Origin: Escherichia phage vB_EcoS_ESCO40
DNA length: 64,000 nt
Sequence record: NC_106514.1
Direction: 5' to 3' (one strand)
In this document: in pieces, positions 1 to 9,648 of the stretch
Numbering within the stretch: position 1 is the first letter of the stretch
Layout: each line of letters begins with the position of its first letter
Notes under the pieces: generated by a model
Databases searched by the model: none
Told to the model about the DNA's origin: nothing
The model's input: the letters and a program-made list of their open reading frames with translations, nothing else
Translations under genes and position numbers: made by a program

Positions 1-28
1 ATAACCGCCCTCCCTATAACCGCCCTGT
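1..28. repeat. tandem direct repeat (ataaccgccct x2)
   Basis: 11-mer ataaccgccct at 1-11 and 18-28 inside an ORF-free 420 bp. Confidence 0.5.
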
Positions 29-235
29 ATAGGAAAACCGGCCTAGGATATTTATAGCAGGAGAGAAACTGCCCTAGAATGTGAGAGTTTTCCTAGAAAC
101 TTAGGAGTCTACTAGAAAGTGTTGTGCCATCCTAGTAGATGGGCGGCAACAGGTGTATCATCTTGAATGTAAATTATGCGGTCAAAAGTTTTACTTTTAT
201 TTTAAATATAAGATCCCCCAGGATTGGAAGAGATG

Positions 236-360
236 CTCCACCCCTGGGATACGGATTGCGTGAGATGGTACAAAACTTCTGAAGATTTCCCTAGCCCTCC
301 GACAAGCTACGGGGGAAATAGAAGTTTCCCATCCACCATCCGTATCCGGGTGGATCTCTT
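236..360. repeat. imperfect long-range inverted repeat
   Basis: ctccacccctgggatacggatt (236-257) is a near reverse complement of ccatccgtatccgggtggatc (338-358); CTAG-containing motifs recur in 40-140. Confidence 0.45.
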
Positions 361-420
361 TATTCTATGTTATTTCATAGAGTTATTATAACATGCAGAA
401 ATCATAACGTCAAGTAGAGT

Positions 421-1311
421 TTATTCATCGAACATGATATTTCCTTTCATTCCCATCTCTGCATACTCCATGAGTTCTTTGATGGACCTCACGGGGTAAT
501 CTACTTTACTGAAGTTATCATAGATCTTACATGAACTCTCGTATAACTCGTTAGGTATCTGCAATTTGTTATCTGTTAGCTTCTCATAACATGCTGAAGA
601 ACTTGTACCCTCAAACAGAACTGCAATAACTGCTGCTATTTGTTTAGTAAGCTCATCTGCTCCTAGAATAACTCTATTAATAGCAATCGTTACCTCATGC
701 TTAGGTTTCACTGGTGGAAGAATAGGTTTAAGATCCTTAGGTAAAGGTTCTGTTCCTAGGAATCCTTCTTTTGTGCGGAACCAATAGTTATCTAGGTCAG
801 ATATCGTCTTAGACTTATTCCAAATAGTGAAGCAGGGTTTATTTCCTTCACGATCTCTGTATTCACGAATTGGAAGATAATGATCAGGAAATGAATTAAG
901 TGCATCATGCATCGGTGAGCCTGTCTTTTTAAAGGGCAAACCATACAACTCATTATAATTCATAACTTCATCTTCATAAACATGGAAATCTTTATATGCT
1001 GGAAGATTAAACCATTCCTGAAGTGAATGAACTGCAAAACGTTGTGCCCAAGCATGCATCACTAGAACTCTATATTCTTTTACTTCATCTTTTGGAGAAG
1101 TACCTTTAGCTGTCCTAGCTGACCGAATACAGAACATCTCAACAACACGTTTCTCATTTAAAGAGAGTTCAGAATAACAACGTTCATGGCAACCTTCTAG
1201 CATTTCTAGAAGTTCACGTAGTTTCTCTACATCGACCGGTGGAAAAGGTCTTTCTTCAACTGCGAATTTACCAGTTACACCTTTTGGTTTTCTATTACTA
1301 TAAAATCCCAT
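421..1311 (-). CDS. hypothetical protein (296 aa)
   Basis: Long ORF, stop/start overlap with next gene (ATGA at 1311); no motif recognised. Confidence 0.6.
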   Translation of the reverse strand: MGFYSNRKPKGVTGKFAVEERPFPPVDVEKLRELLEMLEGCHERCYSELSLNEKRVVEMFCIRSARTAKGTSPKDEVKEYRVLVMHAWAQRFAVHSLQEWFNLPAYKDFHVYEDEVMNYNELYGLPFKKTGSPMHDALNSFPDHYLPIREYRDREGNKPCFTIWNKSKTISDLDNYWFRTKEGFLGTEPLPKDLKPILPPVKPKHEVTIAINRVILGADELTKQIAAVIAVLFEGTSSSACYEKLTDNKLQIPNELYESSCKIYDNFSKVDYPVRSIKELMEYAEMGMKGNIMFDE

Positions 1312-1925
1312 TAATTACCTCTCTTATCCTCGTCAATAACAGCTCCCAACGCCTCCACAATAGCATCTTCTAAGCTTCCATGTTTACTAGGATTATTAAA
1401 ATGAATAGTACAAACAGAACCCCTAGAAACTCCAGCATCCGCAGGTGCTACGCTTCGCATATCAGATTCAAAAGCTTCTTGGGTATGTTTTAACTGTACA
1501 GAAGGCCCATAATCTTCACCAACTCGATATGAGGAATTATTTTCTATAACGCCACCGCATGGAACATTGTGCAAATCCGACGTTATTTTAGGACTGTTCC
1601 ACATTGTAATTGGCCCTGACTGCCATGGATCTCTAATAGTTACTGGAGTACTAGGGCGGTTCACCTCAGCCTTCACGAGTTTATAACCAGCATCTATTAA
1701 TGCATTAATAAGGTTATCAGCTGGAATGCGAGCCTTGCCAAAAATCTTACGAGCGTTGTTGAGCTTACCTTCAAAATCTTTACATGCTTTAATATTAGTG
1801 TGTGCAAAGGTTAGCTCCATAGATTTGAACTGTACAGTAGCAGTTAAATCTTTAAAGCTATAATCCCACGTATTCAGTTCATGATCTGGTACTACTTGAA
1901 TAGATTGTTGTGCATATAAAGTCAT
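1311..1925 (-). CDS. hypothetical protein (204 aa)
   Basis: ORF overlapping both neighbours by 1 nt, typical translational coupling. Confidence 0.6.
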   Translation of the reverse strand: MTLYAQQSIQVVPDHELNTWDYSFKDLTATVQFKSMELTFAHTNIKACKDFEGKLNNARKIFGKARIPADNLINALIDAGYKLVKAEVNRPSTPVTIRDPWQSGPITMWNSPKITSDLHNVPCGGVIENNSSYRVGEDYGPSVQLKHTQEAFESDMRSVAPADAGVSRGSVCTIHFNNPSKHGSLEDAIVEALGAVIDEDKRGN

Positions 1926-2110
1926 TATTTATTCTCCAGTTTGTCTAATAGCTTATGAGCTGCTAGATTATATTGTTTAACCTCACGGTTAAGGATTTGG
2001 TTCTCACACTTTAACTCTAAATTCTTATTATTAAGAATATTGCAGATTAGTAGAAGTGCTAGTATAACTAGTAGGGAACCTACGAGCATTAAAAGAAAAA
2101 GAGTTTCCAT
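1925..2110 (-). CDS. small membrane protein (61 aa)
   Basis: Hydrophobic N-terminus LFLLMLVGSLLVILALLLI; coupled to neighbours. Confidence 0.45.
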   Translation of the reverse strand: METLFLLMLVGSLLVILALLLICNILNNKNLELKCENQILNREVKQYNLAAHKLLDKLENK

Positions 2111-2343
2111 TATTTAATTCCCATGTAACGTTTGAGATACGTGATGAAGTCTTCTGTTGTATGTTCTACGCTACCCTGAACCACAAACAACTTTAAAGCC
2201 TCACGCTGTAATTTAAGAGCAGCTAACTCACCACGTAATTTTGTTATATCTTCCGCTAGTTCTCTAGCTCTGCGCATAATAGCAAATGATACAAATGTTA
2301 CAATAAATAACATAACTGCTAAAATAATTACTATGATCTCCAT
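2110..2343 (-). CDS. small membrane protein (77 aa)
   Basis: TM-like segment IIVIILAVMLFIVTFVSFAI. Confidence 0.45.
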   Translation of the reverse strand: MEIIVIILAVMLFIVTFVSFAIMRRARELAEDITKLRGELAALKLQREALKLFVVQGSVEHTTEDFITYLKRYMGIK

Positions 2344-2621
2344 ATTAACATCCAGCTCTTATCATATATTTGGGCATGCTCTATTAATTCATTTATTGAT
2401 GTAGAATTATCGTAGATACCCTCTAGTAAACGTTTTCTGTCAAATTTATCAACCAAATACTCTGTGTCATTTATTACTACCCTATACAGCTCTGGAACTA
2501 GGGGGTGTTTGTTTGGTATTGGGCGACTGCTTATGTCTATTTCATTATATCCCCACGTTGTTTTAAATAGTTTGTTACTAAGTGCTGCTAGTGGGTTTGA
2601 CCATACAATATAGCTACTCAC
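2331..2621 (-). CDS. hypothetical protein (96 aa)
   Basis: ORF in gene chain. Confidence 0.5.
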   Translation of the reverse strand: MSSYIVWSNPLAALSNKLFKTTWGYNEIDISSRPIPNKHPLVPELYRVVINDTEYLVDKFDRKRLLEGIYDNSTSINELIEHAQIYDKSWMLIWRS

Positions 2622-3060
2622 TACTTATCTCCATTCTTAGCTTTGAAAACTTATTATACCAAACTATATGATTATCGTCAATTACAAATTTATGGTAACA
2701 TGCTGGTACGGTATAAATTCCATAATCCGTGACACGCTGCACAACCTTGTGTGCACACAGTCGACAACCATGCCCTTCTAAATGAGATCTAGCAGTTTGC
2801 CAGTAATAACCATCATGATCTGGACAATAAATCTCGACTTGCTGCTGCATTGTTTTATAATTTACACGCTCATACCCAAAGAAAGCCCCATGAGCTGCAA
2901 CGGCTTTCTTGATAAATATAAGGTTTAGTGCTTCTTGTTGAAAGTCGGGATGTAGCTGCTTAATCTTAGTTCTATTAATAGATCCATCCGATTTGATGAA
3001 CCTATTTATTGGAAAGTTGTTAGCTTCCTCGATTAATAATTCATTTACTTTCTCTCTCAT
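2614..3060 (-). CDS. hypothetical Cys/His-containing protein (about 148 aa)
   Basis: ORF track gives 2614-3162; I place the start at the ATG at 3060, directly after the stop of the upstream 67-aa gene; start uncertain. Confidence 0.45.
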   Translation of the reverse strand: MREKVNELLIEEANNFPINRFIKSDGSINRTKIKQLHPDFQQEALNLIFIKKAVAAHGAFFGYERVNYKTMQQQVEIYCPDHDGYYWQTARSHLEGHGCRLCAHKVVQRVTDYGIYTVPACYHKFVIDDNHIVWYNKFSKLRMEISSE

Positions 3061-3061
3061 A

Positions 3062-3265
3062 TTAGATACTCTCACAACTAAGGTGGAAACATTCGTAAGC
3101 ATCCCCAGTAAACTCTTTATCTTGTAGTAAACACTTAGCCTGGTCTTCCGGTACTCCAGCATCTAATAATTGTTGTTTATTTGGCTTTTCAGCGAATACT
3201 TTTACAAAATACTCACCATCTTGATTATACTCATTTATATCTCTAGTAAGGACATATACTTGCAT
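3062..3265 (-). CDS. hypothetical protein (67 aa)
   Basis: RBS AAGGAAC 5 nt before ATG; preceded by terminator hairpin. Confidence 0.5.
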   Translation of the reverse strand: MQVYVLTRDINEYNQDGEYFVKVFAEKPNKQQLLDAGVPEDQAKCLLQDKEFTGDAYECFHLSCESI

Positions 3266-3283
3266 TTGAAGTTCCTTGAAAAC

Positions 3284-3314
3284 ATAAAAGGCCAGAACAA
3301 TTAAGTCCTGGCCT
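3284..3314 (-). terminator. intrinsic terminator hairpin
   Basis: aggccag / ctggcct stem followed on minus strand by U-rich tract. Confidence 0.5.
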
Positions 3315-3321
3315 CCTAAAA

Positions 3322-3693
3322 TTAATGAAGTTGTTTACCACTTCTTAACATAGTGGCCGTTTCCATAAGACCTAGCGTAGCATCACGCTTATTGATCTGT
3401 TTACCAAGTTCATCAGTACGTTTACTGATGTAAGCATTAATAGCCATATTCATAGCTGTAGCGAGATCTTCTTTGGTTATCTCTTCATCATCTAAAGCTA
3501 ATTTAGCCAAAGAATCAAATGTGCTAGAGAGTCCTATAAGATCTGAGGTTTCTCCAGCCAAAATAGGATTAATATTATCTACTGTTACTTCTAGCATGGA
3601 GTTGACAATATCTTCACCATCTATTAGACCAGTTTCAATATTACTCTCCCACTCCTTCATCTGCTCCAATAATGGATTTTTCTTTTCTGTCAT
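3322..3693 (-). CDS. hypothetical acidic protein
   Basis: ORF 3322-3759 in track; RBS CAGGAAACC precedes internal ATG at 3693 (MTEKK...). Confidence 0.45.
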   Translation of the reverse strand: MTEKKNPLLEQMKEWESNIETGLIDGEDIVNSMLEVTVDNINPILAGETSDLIGLSSTFDSLAKLALDDEEITKEDLATAMNMAINAYISKRTDELGKQINKRDATLGLMETATMLRSGKQLH

Positions 3694-4102
3694 GGTAGAG
3701 GTTTCCTGTGTCAGTCGGTAAGAAGGATGATTGCGTTTTAGGTGGATGTTGCTTAGCAATCCAGTTAAGAATCAGCACGCGACTGGGAACAATATCGGTG
3801 TTATACCAAAAATCGTGAACCCATTGACGAGCATCTTCAAACTTACCAAATTTATATGCTTTCTTAAACAATTCAAATCCAAAACAATCTGGTGTAAAGT
3901 CTACTTCTCGGTATTGAATTACTTTAGAACCAGTTAGGTCTTGGATCGCTGCATTAATTTCTGTATGCGAGAATTTTGTTTCATGAAACTTATTAAAGAA
4001 TCGGTAGTTGAAGCGTCCGTTCGTTTCGACAAATAACTGGATGAAGAGATCGTTAAATTGGTTATCAAACCAGTAATTCTGTAGTTGTTGTAGTGCTGTC
4101 AT
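3641..4102 (-). CDS. hypothetical protein (153 aa)
   Basis: ORF. Confidence 0.5.
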   Translation of the reverse strand: MTALQQLQNYWFDNQFNDLFIQLFVETNGRFNYRFFNKFHETKFSHTEINAAIQDLTGSKVIQYREVDFTPDCFGFELFKKAYKFGKFEDARQWVHDFWYNTDIVPSRVLILNWIAKQHPPKTQSSFLPTDTGNLYHDRKEKSIIGADEGVGE

Positions 4103-4299
4103 TTACGAACCCCGTTAATCGCCATAATGATGCCTTCATACATAAAAGGAAGTAACCCAGAAGTATAGAATATATTTTCTGTTATTCCTAGATGTCGAAA
4201 AAGTATATTAAACAATGCTGTTAGAAATACAACCTGAGGCAGTAATACAAAATACTCAGTTACAATCTTTGGTGCCTGATAAACAAGACGTTTTATCAT
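4099..4299 (-). CDS. small membrane protein (66 aa)
   Basis: Hydrophobic segments; 4-nt overlap with upstream gene. Confidence 0.4.
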   Translation of the reverse strand: MIKRLVYQAPKIVTEYFVLLPQVVFLTALFNILFRHLGITENIFYTSGLLPFMYEGIIMAINGVRK

Positions 4300-4398
4300 T
4301 GTTTTTAAGTCTCCTTATTACTTTGGCCTGCTCCACAATAATGAAAACTGCGAGCACTAATAGTGCTATTAGCCCCGCAGTAATTGGTACTAGATCAA

Positions 4399-4728
4399 TC
4401 ATGGGAGACGCCATACATAATTAGCTGTCTGTAGAACCTTAGGTGTGTCATCATGGTACATTACTACAGACTTTGGTGAATAACTATCAGCTAGTTCTTT
4501 ACGAATCATCTTACATTCTTCACCAGTATCGATATTTTTAACTATCACTTTCATATTAAGAGGTGTTAATACAGAAAGCGGTTTCCAGGAGTCCTCAATC
4601 TCAATTCCTACCTTTTTCTCGATTACCGTGAGAACTTCTAGTGTATCATCTGGAATACTAATATTATTATTATTCACAAACTGTAATATCTCATGTAAGG
4701 TATTTAATTCATTAAAATTAAGCTTCAT
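4399..4728 (-). CDS. hypothetical protein (109 aa)
   Basis: ORF. Confidence 0.5.
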   Translation of the reverse strand: MKLNFNELNTLHEILQFVNNNNISIPDDTLEVLTVIEKKVGIEIEDSWKPLSVLTPLNMKVIVKNIDTGEECKMIRKELADSYSPKSVVMYHDDTPKVLQTANYVWRLP

Positions 4729-4963
4729 CTTTAAGAATATCCTCTACCATATCACAGGACTGTTGCAATTCGTCAGCAATGCGCTTAACATCTGTTTTTG
4801 TTACTTTACCGATTAACATCACCAGTAACATAGAAAGTATAATAAGTGGAACTGGGATAACAAATAGTGCTACCTTAACTACATTCTTTGGTGCCCATGT
4901 ATGGTACTTAGTAACTAGAACTCCCACCACGATTAGATAAAATGCTAGAATAAACATCATCAT
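4718..4963 (-). CDS. membrane protein (81 aa)
   Basis: Two TM-like segments. Confidence 0.5.
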   Translation of the reverse strand: MMMFILAFYLIVVGVLVTKYHTWAPKNVVKVALFVIPVPLIILSMLLVMLIGKVTKTDVKRIADELQQSCDMVEDILKDEA

Positions 4964-5241
4964 TTTTTAATCTCCGTGATTATCTGTGTACGCATTACTT
5001 TAGCAGGTAATTTATTATTCCCAACTATTGCTTCTATACTATTTAGTTTTTCCTTAAGAATATCCGAGCGTCTCTGGGCTATTTCAATATCTTGCTCTTG
5101 CTCTAGCAAACGGTGGTGTAGTCCATCATTAGTACTAAGCATACTTTCCATGTTTTTTCGTGCATTCACAATCCCAATAACTCCGCCAATCGCTACTAGT
5201 GTAGTAAGAACTAGTAACCCAATAAGAATTTCTGTAATCAT
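4960..5241 (-). CDS. membrane-anchored coiled-coil protein (93 aa)
   Basis: N-terminal TM segment LIGLLVLTTLVAIGGVIGIV. Confidence 0.5.
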   Translation of the reverse strand: MITEILIGLLVLTTLVAIGGVIGIVNARKNMESMLSTNDGLHHRLLEQEQDIEIAQRRSDILKEKLNSIEAIVGNNKLPAKVMRTQIITEIKK

Positions 5242-5774
5242 TTATTTAATTCCTCTAAAGTAGGTAAGGGTCTTGTATGATCAAAAGTTTCTATAACAGC
5301 GTTAGACCCATGTAGTTCTAAACGTAGTTCATTAGCTCTTTGAACTGCCAACTCTAAATCTAAATACCTAAAGTAGCCTCCGTGTACTGTAATACTTTCG
5401 GCGCTTCTGACCTGGACTCTCCATTGTTGTCGATCTTTTTTCCAGGTAACTCCTAAGTACCCCGAATTAGATTGAGCGATTTTGCTGCGATTATTCTCTT
5501 GGGACGTACAATCTTTTAAACTACACCATCTATTATCTTTTCTTATATTATTTAAGTGGTGTACTAGATTTGGAATATATCCCTCCATGTACAAAAAGGC
5601 TAATCTATGTGCTGCATATCTTTTTCTATTTATTCCAATAAATATATAACCATCCTTATCAGGACTACCCGCAATACTACCTGCTTTACCCCGCCCTCTA
5701 CTGACTTTCCTTATAAACTCGCCCGTTTCCGGGCGGTATTCAAATAATTCTTTTAATCTTTCTTGTGTTATCAT
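5238..5774 (-). CDS. HNH homing endonuclease with AP2-like DNA-binding domain
   Basis: HNH motif NLVHHLNNIRKDNR...; paralogous to the gene at 19718-20233 (shared N-terminus ...TQ..LK....Y.P.TGEF). Confidence 0.7.
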   Translation of the reverse strand: MITQERLKELFEYRPETGEFIRKVSRGRGKAGSIAGSPDKDGYIFIGINRKRYAAHRLAFLYMEGYIPNLVHHLNNIRKDNRWCSLKDCTSQENNRSKIAQSNSGYLGVTWKKDRQQWRVQVRSAESITVHGGYFRYLDLELAVQRANELRLELHGSNAVIETFDHTRPLPTLEELNK

Positions 5775-6046
5775 TTTTTCTTTAATTGCTTGACTTCACG
5801 CTCAAAGCTAGCTGCTCGGCGTTCTGCCACTGCTTGATGCTCCTTAGCAAATCGTGCCTCTTGTTTCGCTAAGTTAAAGGCCATAGCGTTCTTATTAAGA
5901 GAATCATACATCTTTTTCATTGCTGGGATGGACATTTTCATCAGTTGCCCCTCAAATCCTTGCATGTCGAGGAGAATTGCTAATACGTTAGCCATTTCAG
6001 TCTTGGTAAGGTTAGAGGCGTCGAAGTCTTTAGTCATGTTTTCCAT
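5771..6046 (-). CDS. hypothetical protein (about 91 aa)
   Basis: Track start 6064 lies in the conserved promoter leader; RBS GAGAGGAAA precedes ATG at 6046. Confidence 0.45.
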   Translation of the reverse strand: MENMTKDFDASNLTKTEMANVLAILLDMQGFEGQLMKMSIPAMKKMYDSLNKNAMAFNLAKQEARFAKEHQAVAERRAASFEREVKQLKKK

Positions 6047-6078
6047 TAGAATTTCCTCTCTCATTAATTTATGAACTT

Positions 6079-6107
6079 ATTATACAGAATTTTAAGGCTT
6101 AAAGCAA
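6079..6107 (-). promoter_or_regulatory. sigma70-type early promoter (T5 family)
   Basis: minus-strand TTGCTT-17-TATAAT with A-rich upstream tract. Confidence 0.6.
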
Positions 6108-6124
6108 CTGAATTTTTTAATTAC

Positions 6125-6556
6125 TTACCAATCGTTAACAACACCAGAGAACTCAGAAGCAAAAACTTTTTCAAATTTTTCTGCAATTTCAGGATGATCC
6201 TTACAGATCAACTCAATACACGCTTCTGGAGTCATTCCTTCGTCTTCAGGATCACCGTAATATTTGTCCCAAAGATCATCAGGGATGATGTGCTCTGCCA
6301 AATCTTGGAAAGAGATTAGCTGATAACGTTCTGCTTCCTCGGGGATAAGGATTTCACAAAGATCTTTATCTATATCACTATGATAATCAGCAATTAGCAG
6401 GGCATTGCAAGCATGACACTCCCAGACCATTAATCGTTCAGAGATAGGGTTAGACTTATCCTGAACGTAAGATTGAAACAGGGTTCTGAAAGTAGCTTTA
6501 ACTTGTTCAAACTTATCTGCTGCTGCAAAAACTAGAGCTTTATCAACTTTGTTCAT
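6125..6556 (-). CDS. hypothetical acidic protein (143 aa)
   Basis: ORF behind promoter and RBS GAAGGAAAC. Confidence 0.55.
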   Translation of the reverse strand: MNKVDKALVFAAADKFEQVKATFRTLFQSYVQDKSNPISERLMVWECHACNALLIADYHSDIDKDLCEILIPEEAERYQLISFQDLAEHIIPDDLWDKYYGDPEDEGMTPEACIELICKDHPEIAEKFEKVFASEFSGVVNDW

Positions 6557-6586
6557 TTTGTTTCCTTCTCATCAATTTATAAAGTA

Positions 6587-6615
6587 ATTATACAGAAACT
6601 TAGGCATTTTAGCAA
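6587..6615 (-). promoter_or_regulatory. sigma70-type early promoter (T5 family)
   Basis: TTGCTA-17-TATAAT on minus strand. Confidence 0.6.
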
Positions 6616-6715
6616 ATAAAACTTTTAATTAAAATGCCTAGTCCTGTACCAATAGCAATACAAATGATTATACATATTGCTACTAATTGTATTACTCGTT
6701 TAATAATAGCCATGA

Positions 6716-7237
6716 TTAGACATTTAACATCCAGCTAGTTTTATCATGGGAAGTATACCTACCACTCATGATGTCCTCCAGTCGTACTGGTGATTTTGCA
6801 TACTCAACGCAAACGTTAATATAACGAGGGTCTCCCATTAACTCAAAGTGAGTATGCCCATGTAAGTTCTTCTTGCCCCTTAACTCTCCTGGGTGTACTG
6901 GAGCATGGGAAAGCCAGAAGTTTTTATATTTAACTAGTGATTGTACATTATCTACAACTCCTACTAAGTCTTTGAAAGATAATCCTTCTCGCTCTAAGTC
7001 GTGATTCCCCAAAACTAGTGTAGTTCTAACATTGCTAAAGAGTTTTCCGAACTTCTCCAAACCATTTCTAGATACAAATGCATCTCCTAAAATATAAAAT
7101 ACTGTACGCTTATCTTTCATGGATGTAATAGTATCCATAATAAATTCATCATGCTCTTCCATAGTAGAGAAGATTGGTCTGAATTTAGTAATATTTGCAT
7201 GTCCTAAATGGAGATCACTCCAAAAGCAAACTTTCAT
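6716..7237 (-). CDS. metallophosphoesterase (calcineurin-like)
   Basis: Motifs DLHLGH, GDAF, GNHD, GHTH. Confidence 0.7.
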   Translation of the reverse strand: MKVCFWSDLHLGHANITKFRPIFSTMEEHDEFIMDTITSMKDKRTVFYILGDAFVSRNGLEKFGKLFSNVRTTLVLGNHDLEREGLSFKDLVGVVDNVQSLVKYKNFWLSHAPVHPGELRGKKNLHGHTHFELMGDPRYINVCVEYAKSPVRLEDIMSGRYTSHDKTSWMLNV

Positions 7238-8113
7238 TTAAAGAATCCTCTGTACACCACAGCTATCTTCTCGAAGCGTGGTAAATGTTGTGATTTTCCC
7301 AGTTTCATCATTAACCTGCGCAATCGTCAACTGCCCGTTGAAAACACCGCCAGTATCAAGATAAACACGGTTTTTATAAAGAAGCGGGTAAGGTACTCCA
7401 GTATGTCCGTGAAACACGAAATCTACTCCTTTAACTTCTGGCACTTCTACCATGTATTTTTCTTTAAACCCAGAATAACGCTGGAAATAGGGGTGTTCCT
7501 CACCATTTTTAGACAAGAGGAAGCCTATCTCTTGGATTACATCTCGATCCCATAAATATGGTTCAACATAGTATCCAGGATGGTCATGTGGGTCTTCCTT
7601 AGCTGCTTCTACTTGTGCAATAAGGTTATCCCATACTGGGGTTTCCACTTCGTTACCGCATTCTTTGTACGTAAAAGGTACACCACCATGAACAACACCA
7701 TATTTCTTGCCACGATGCAGCACAGTCAGAAATACTGGAAGTTTTTCAGCCATGTCTTCGGCAATATTTTTAATGGTATCTGCATCTAGTTCATTCATAG
7801 CCCACATACCACCGTTATACATCCAGTTAGCCCAATCTCCTACAATCATAAACTGGTCATGATTTCCACGGACACTGATAAAGCGTGGGTTATACAGGAA
7901 TTTAGCTAGAACTTGTAGATTCTGCGCGCCTCGGTCAATTAAATCCCCTACACATACAACGCAATCTTTCTTGCCGTTATATCCAGCTAATTTCAACGCA
8001 TCTTCTAGCAAATCGTTGCACCCATGAATATCACCAACAAAGAATAAGTTAACATCATCAGGTACTACTAGTGTTTTATGCACATTAAATTCTTTTTTCA
8101 TAATTATTCCCAA
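7238..8113 (-). CDS. Ser/Thr protein phosphatase (PPP family)
   Basis: Motifs GDIHG, GDLIDRG, GNHD. Confidence 0.8.
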   Translation of the reverse strand: MGIIMKKEFNVHKTLVVPDDVNLFFVGDIHGCNDLLEDALKLAGYNGKKDCVVCVGDLIDRGAQNLQVLAKFLYNPRFISVRGNHDQFMIVGDWANWMYNGGMWAMNELDADTIKNIAEDMAEKLPVFLTVLHRGKKYGVVHGGVPFTYKECGNEVETPVWDNLIAQVEAAKEDPHDHPGYYVEPYLWDRDVIQEIGFLLSKNGEEHPYFQRYSGFKEKYMVEVPEVKGVDFVFHGHTGVPYPLLYKNRVYLDTGGVFNGQLTIAQVNDETGKITTFTTLREDSCGVQRIL

Positions 8114-8349
8114 ATAACATTTAAAATAGTTGTACCATAGTTATTAGATAGTTTGAGAGTATAACCCTCTTTATAAATGGCTTTTATGGCCTCATAGCTA
8201 ATTTCATCACGGTTAAACTGCACATAAGAACCACCACATTCTACAGAAGATATAATCCGTCTTTTAACGTATCTATACGGTTTCTTTCTGCTATTGAGAA
8301 GAGCAGCTCTATTAACTCTAGCTAAATGTTTTGCTTGCTCTGCTAACAT
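8104..8349 (-). CDS. hypothetical protein (81 aa)
   Basis: ORF. Confidence 0.5.
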   Translation of the reverse strand: MLAEQAKHLARVNRAALLNSRKKPYRYVKRRIISSVECGGSYVQFNRDEISYEAIKAIYKEGYTLKLSNNYGTTILNVIWE

Positions 8350-8353
8350 TTAA

Positions 8354-8731
8354 TTATCTCCAATGGTTGGTATGTTTTTCAGCCTCTTCATCATTAGGCT
8401 CAAATACTACGTGGCAATCTACAGCTTCCCAAAAGGCTTCACGGATTAAGGAGTTTTTAGCTGAGATATCTAACTCTTCCCACTCCTCCAAAGTCTCTAA
8501 GTCTGTATCAACTTCGGTATCACAGCCAACCAAACCCAGAGACACAACAAGAGTAAGACGATCTTCACGTTCTTCGGGATAAACCTCAGCATACTCCCAA
8601 GCAGCTTCTTCAACATAATATTGTTGTTCCTTTTCTGGAAGTGACTTATACTTTTCTTCTGTAATACCCATCTCAACAGCGCGAGTACCACAAACTACGT
8701 TATTATTAATAATTAGATATGCATAGTTCAT
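8354..8731 (-). CDS. hypothetical acidic protein (125 aa)
   Basis: ORF behind promoter. Confidence 0.55.
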   Translation of the reverse strand: MNYAYLIINNNVVCGTRAVEMGITEEKYKSLPEKEQQYYVEEAAWEYAEVYPEEREDRLTLVVSLGLVGCDTEVDTDLETLEEWEELDISAKNSLIREAFWEAVDCHVVFEPNDEEAEKHTNHWR

Positions 8732-8788
8732 TGGAATACCCCTATTTCTTGTAGTGCGTAGATAGCCTTCTCATCAATCTATACAAAT

Positions 8789-8817
8789 ATTATATCAAAA
8801 TTTTTAGCAAAAAGCAA
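8789..8817 (-). promoter_or_regulatory. sigma70-type early promoter (T5 family)
   Basis: TTGCTT-17-TATAAT. Confidence 0.6.
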
Positions 8818-8858
8818 GTAAAATAAAAGCCTGATCCGCTAAGATCAGGCTTGGTTTA

Positions 8859-9149
8859 TTAATCTTCTGGATTATCATCCAGGAAGTTTTTAATAGCTTC
8901 GTGCATAGTTTCCTTACGAAGCTGACGTCCAATCAAAATATGGTTAGCTTCTACTCGACCATTAGGTAAGCGATCTGCCAGAACTACTACAGGAACTTGG
9001 CGTACACCAAATTTCTGCATTAATTCTGTATTATCAGTCTCTTTATGGACTTCCAAATTATAGTCATTGACTACTTTATCAAATACTGGCTCAAACATTT
9101 TGCAAGGATTGCAAGTAGAACCTTTCAATAGATATACTAATTTACTCAT
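8859..9149 (-). CDS. thioredoxin/glutaredoxin-like protein
   Basis: CxxC motif CNPC near N-terminus, about 96 aa. Confidence 0.55.
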   Translation of the reverse strand: MSKLVYLLKGSTCNPCKMFEPVFDKVVNDYNLEVHKETDNTELMQKFGVRQVPVVVLADRLPNGRVEANHILIGRQLRKETMHEAIKNFLDDNPED

Positions 9150-9573
9150 AGTTATTAATGGCCTCTAAGAAGTTTTTCATAGTTTTTACGGTTGCGGTGC
9201 TCAGATCAAGATTTACACCCAAACACTCGGTTAATGCTTCCTGATAAGGAGCCTTTAATCTGCCTTCTGGGACTTCTACCTTCTTATATTCTTTATTTTT
9301 GACCTTTTTAATCATAGTCTCTAGTACAAGAAGTGGTAATTTAGCACCTTCAATATCAGTACCCAAAAGTTCAGTTAAAATTTTATTAAGATCAAGACGA
9401 GTTAACTTTTTGCCCTTAGACATAGATGCACCTACCTTTGTATCAATAGATTTTTCCGCTTTCTTTTCGAGCTTTTTGTACTCAGGAGAGTCATGATCAC
9501 GGAGTGCAATGTTTAGCTCGTAATGTGGTATACGAAAATGTTCCGCCATTTGAGTGTAGAAACGATCAGACAT
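9142..9573 (-). CDS. hypothetical protein (143 aa)
   Basis: ORF behind conserved leader and promoter. Confidence 0.5.
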   Translation of the reverse strand: MSDRFYTQMAEHFRIPHYELNIALRDHDSPEYKKLEKKAEKSIDTKVGASMSKGKKLTRLDLNKILTELLGTDIEGAKLPLLVLETMIKKVKNKEYKKVEVPEGRLKAPYQEALTECLGVNLDLSTATVKTMKNFLEAINNYE

Positions 9574-9606
9574 AATATATACCTCTCTTAACTAATTTAT
9601 GTATAT

Positions 9607-9635
9607 ATTATATAATAACTAGGGCTAAAAGTCAA
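9607..9635 (-). promoter_or_regulatory. sigma70-type promoter
   Basis: TTGACT-17-TATAAT on minus strand. Confidence 0.55.
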
Positions 9636-9648
9636 CTACTTTTTTATC

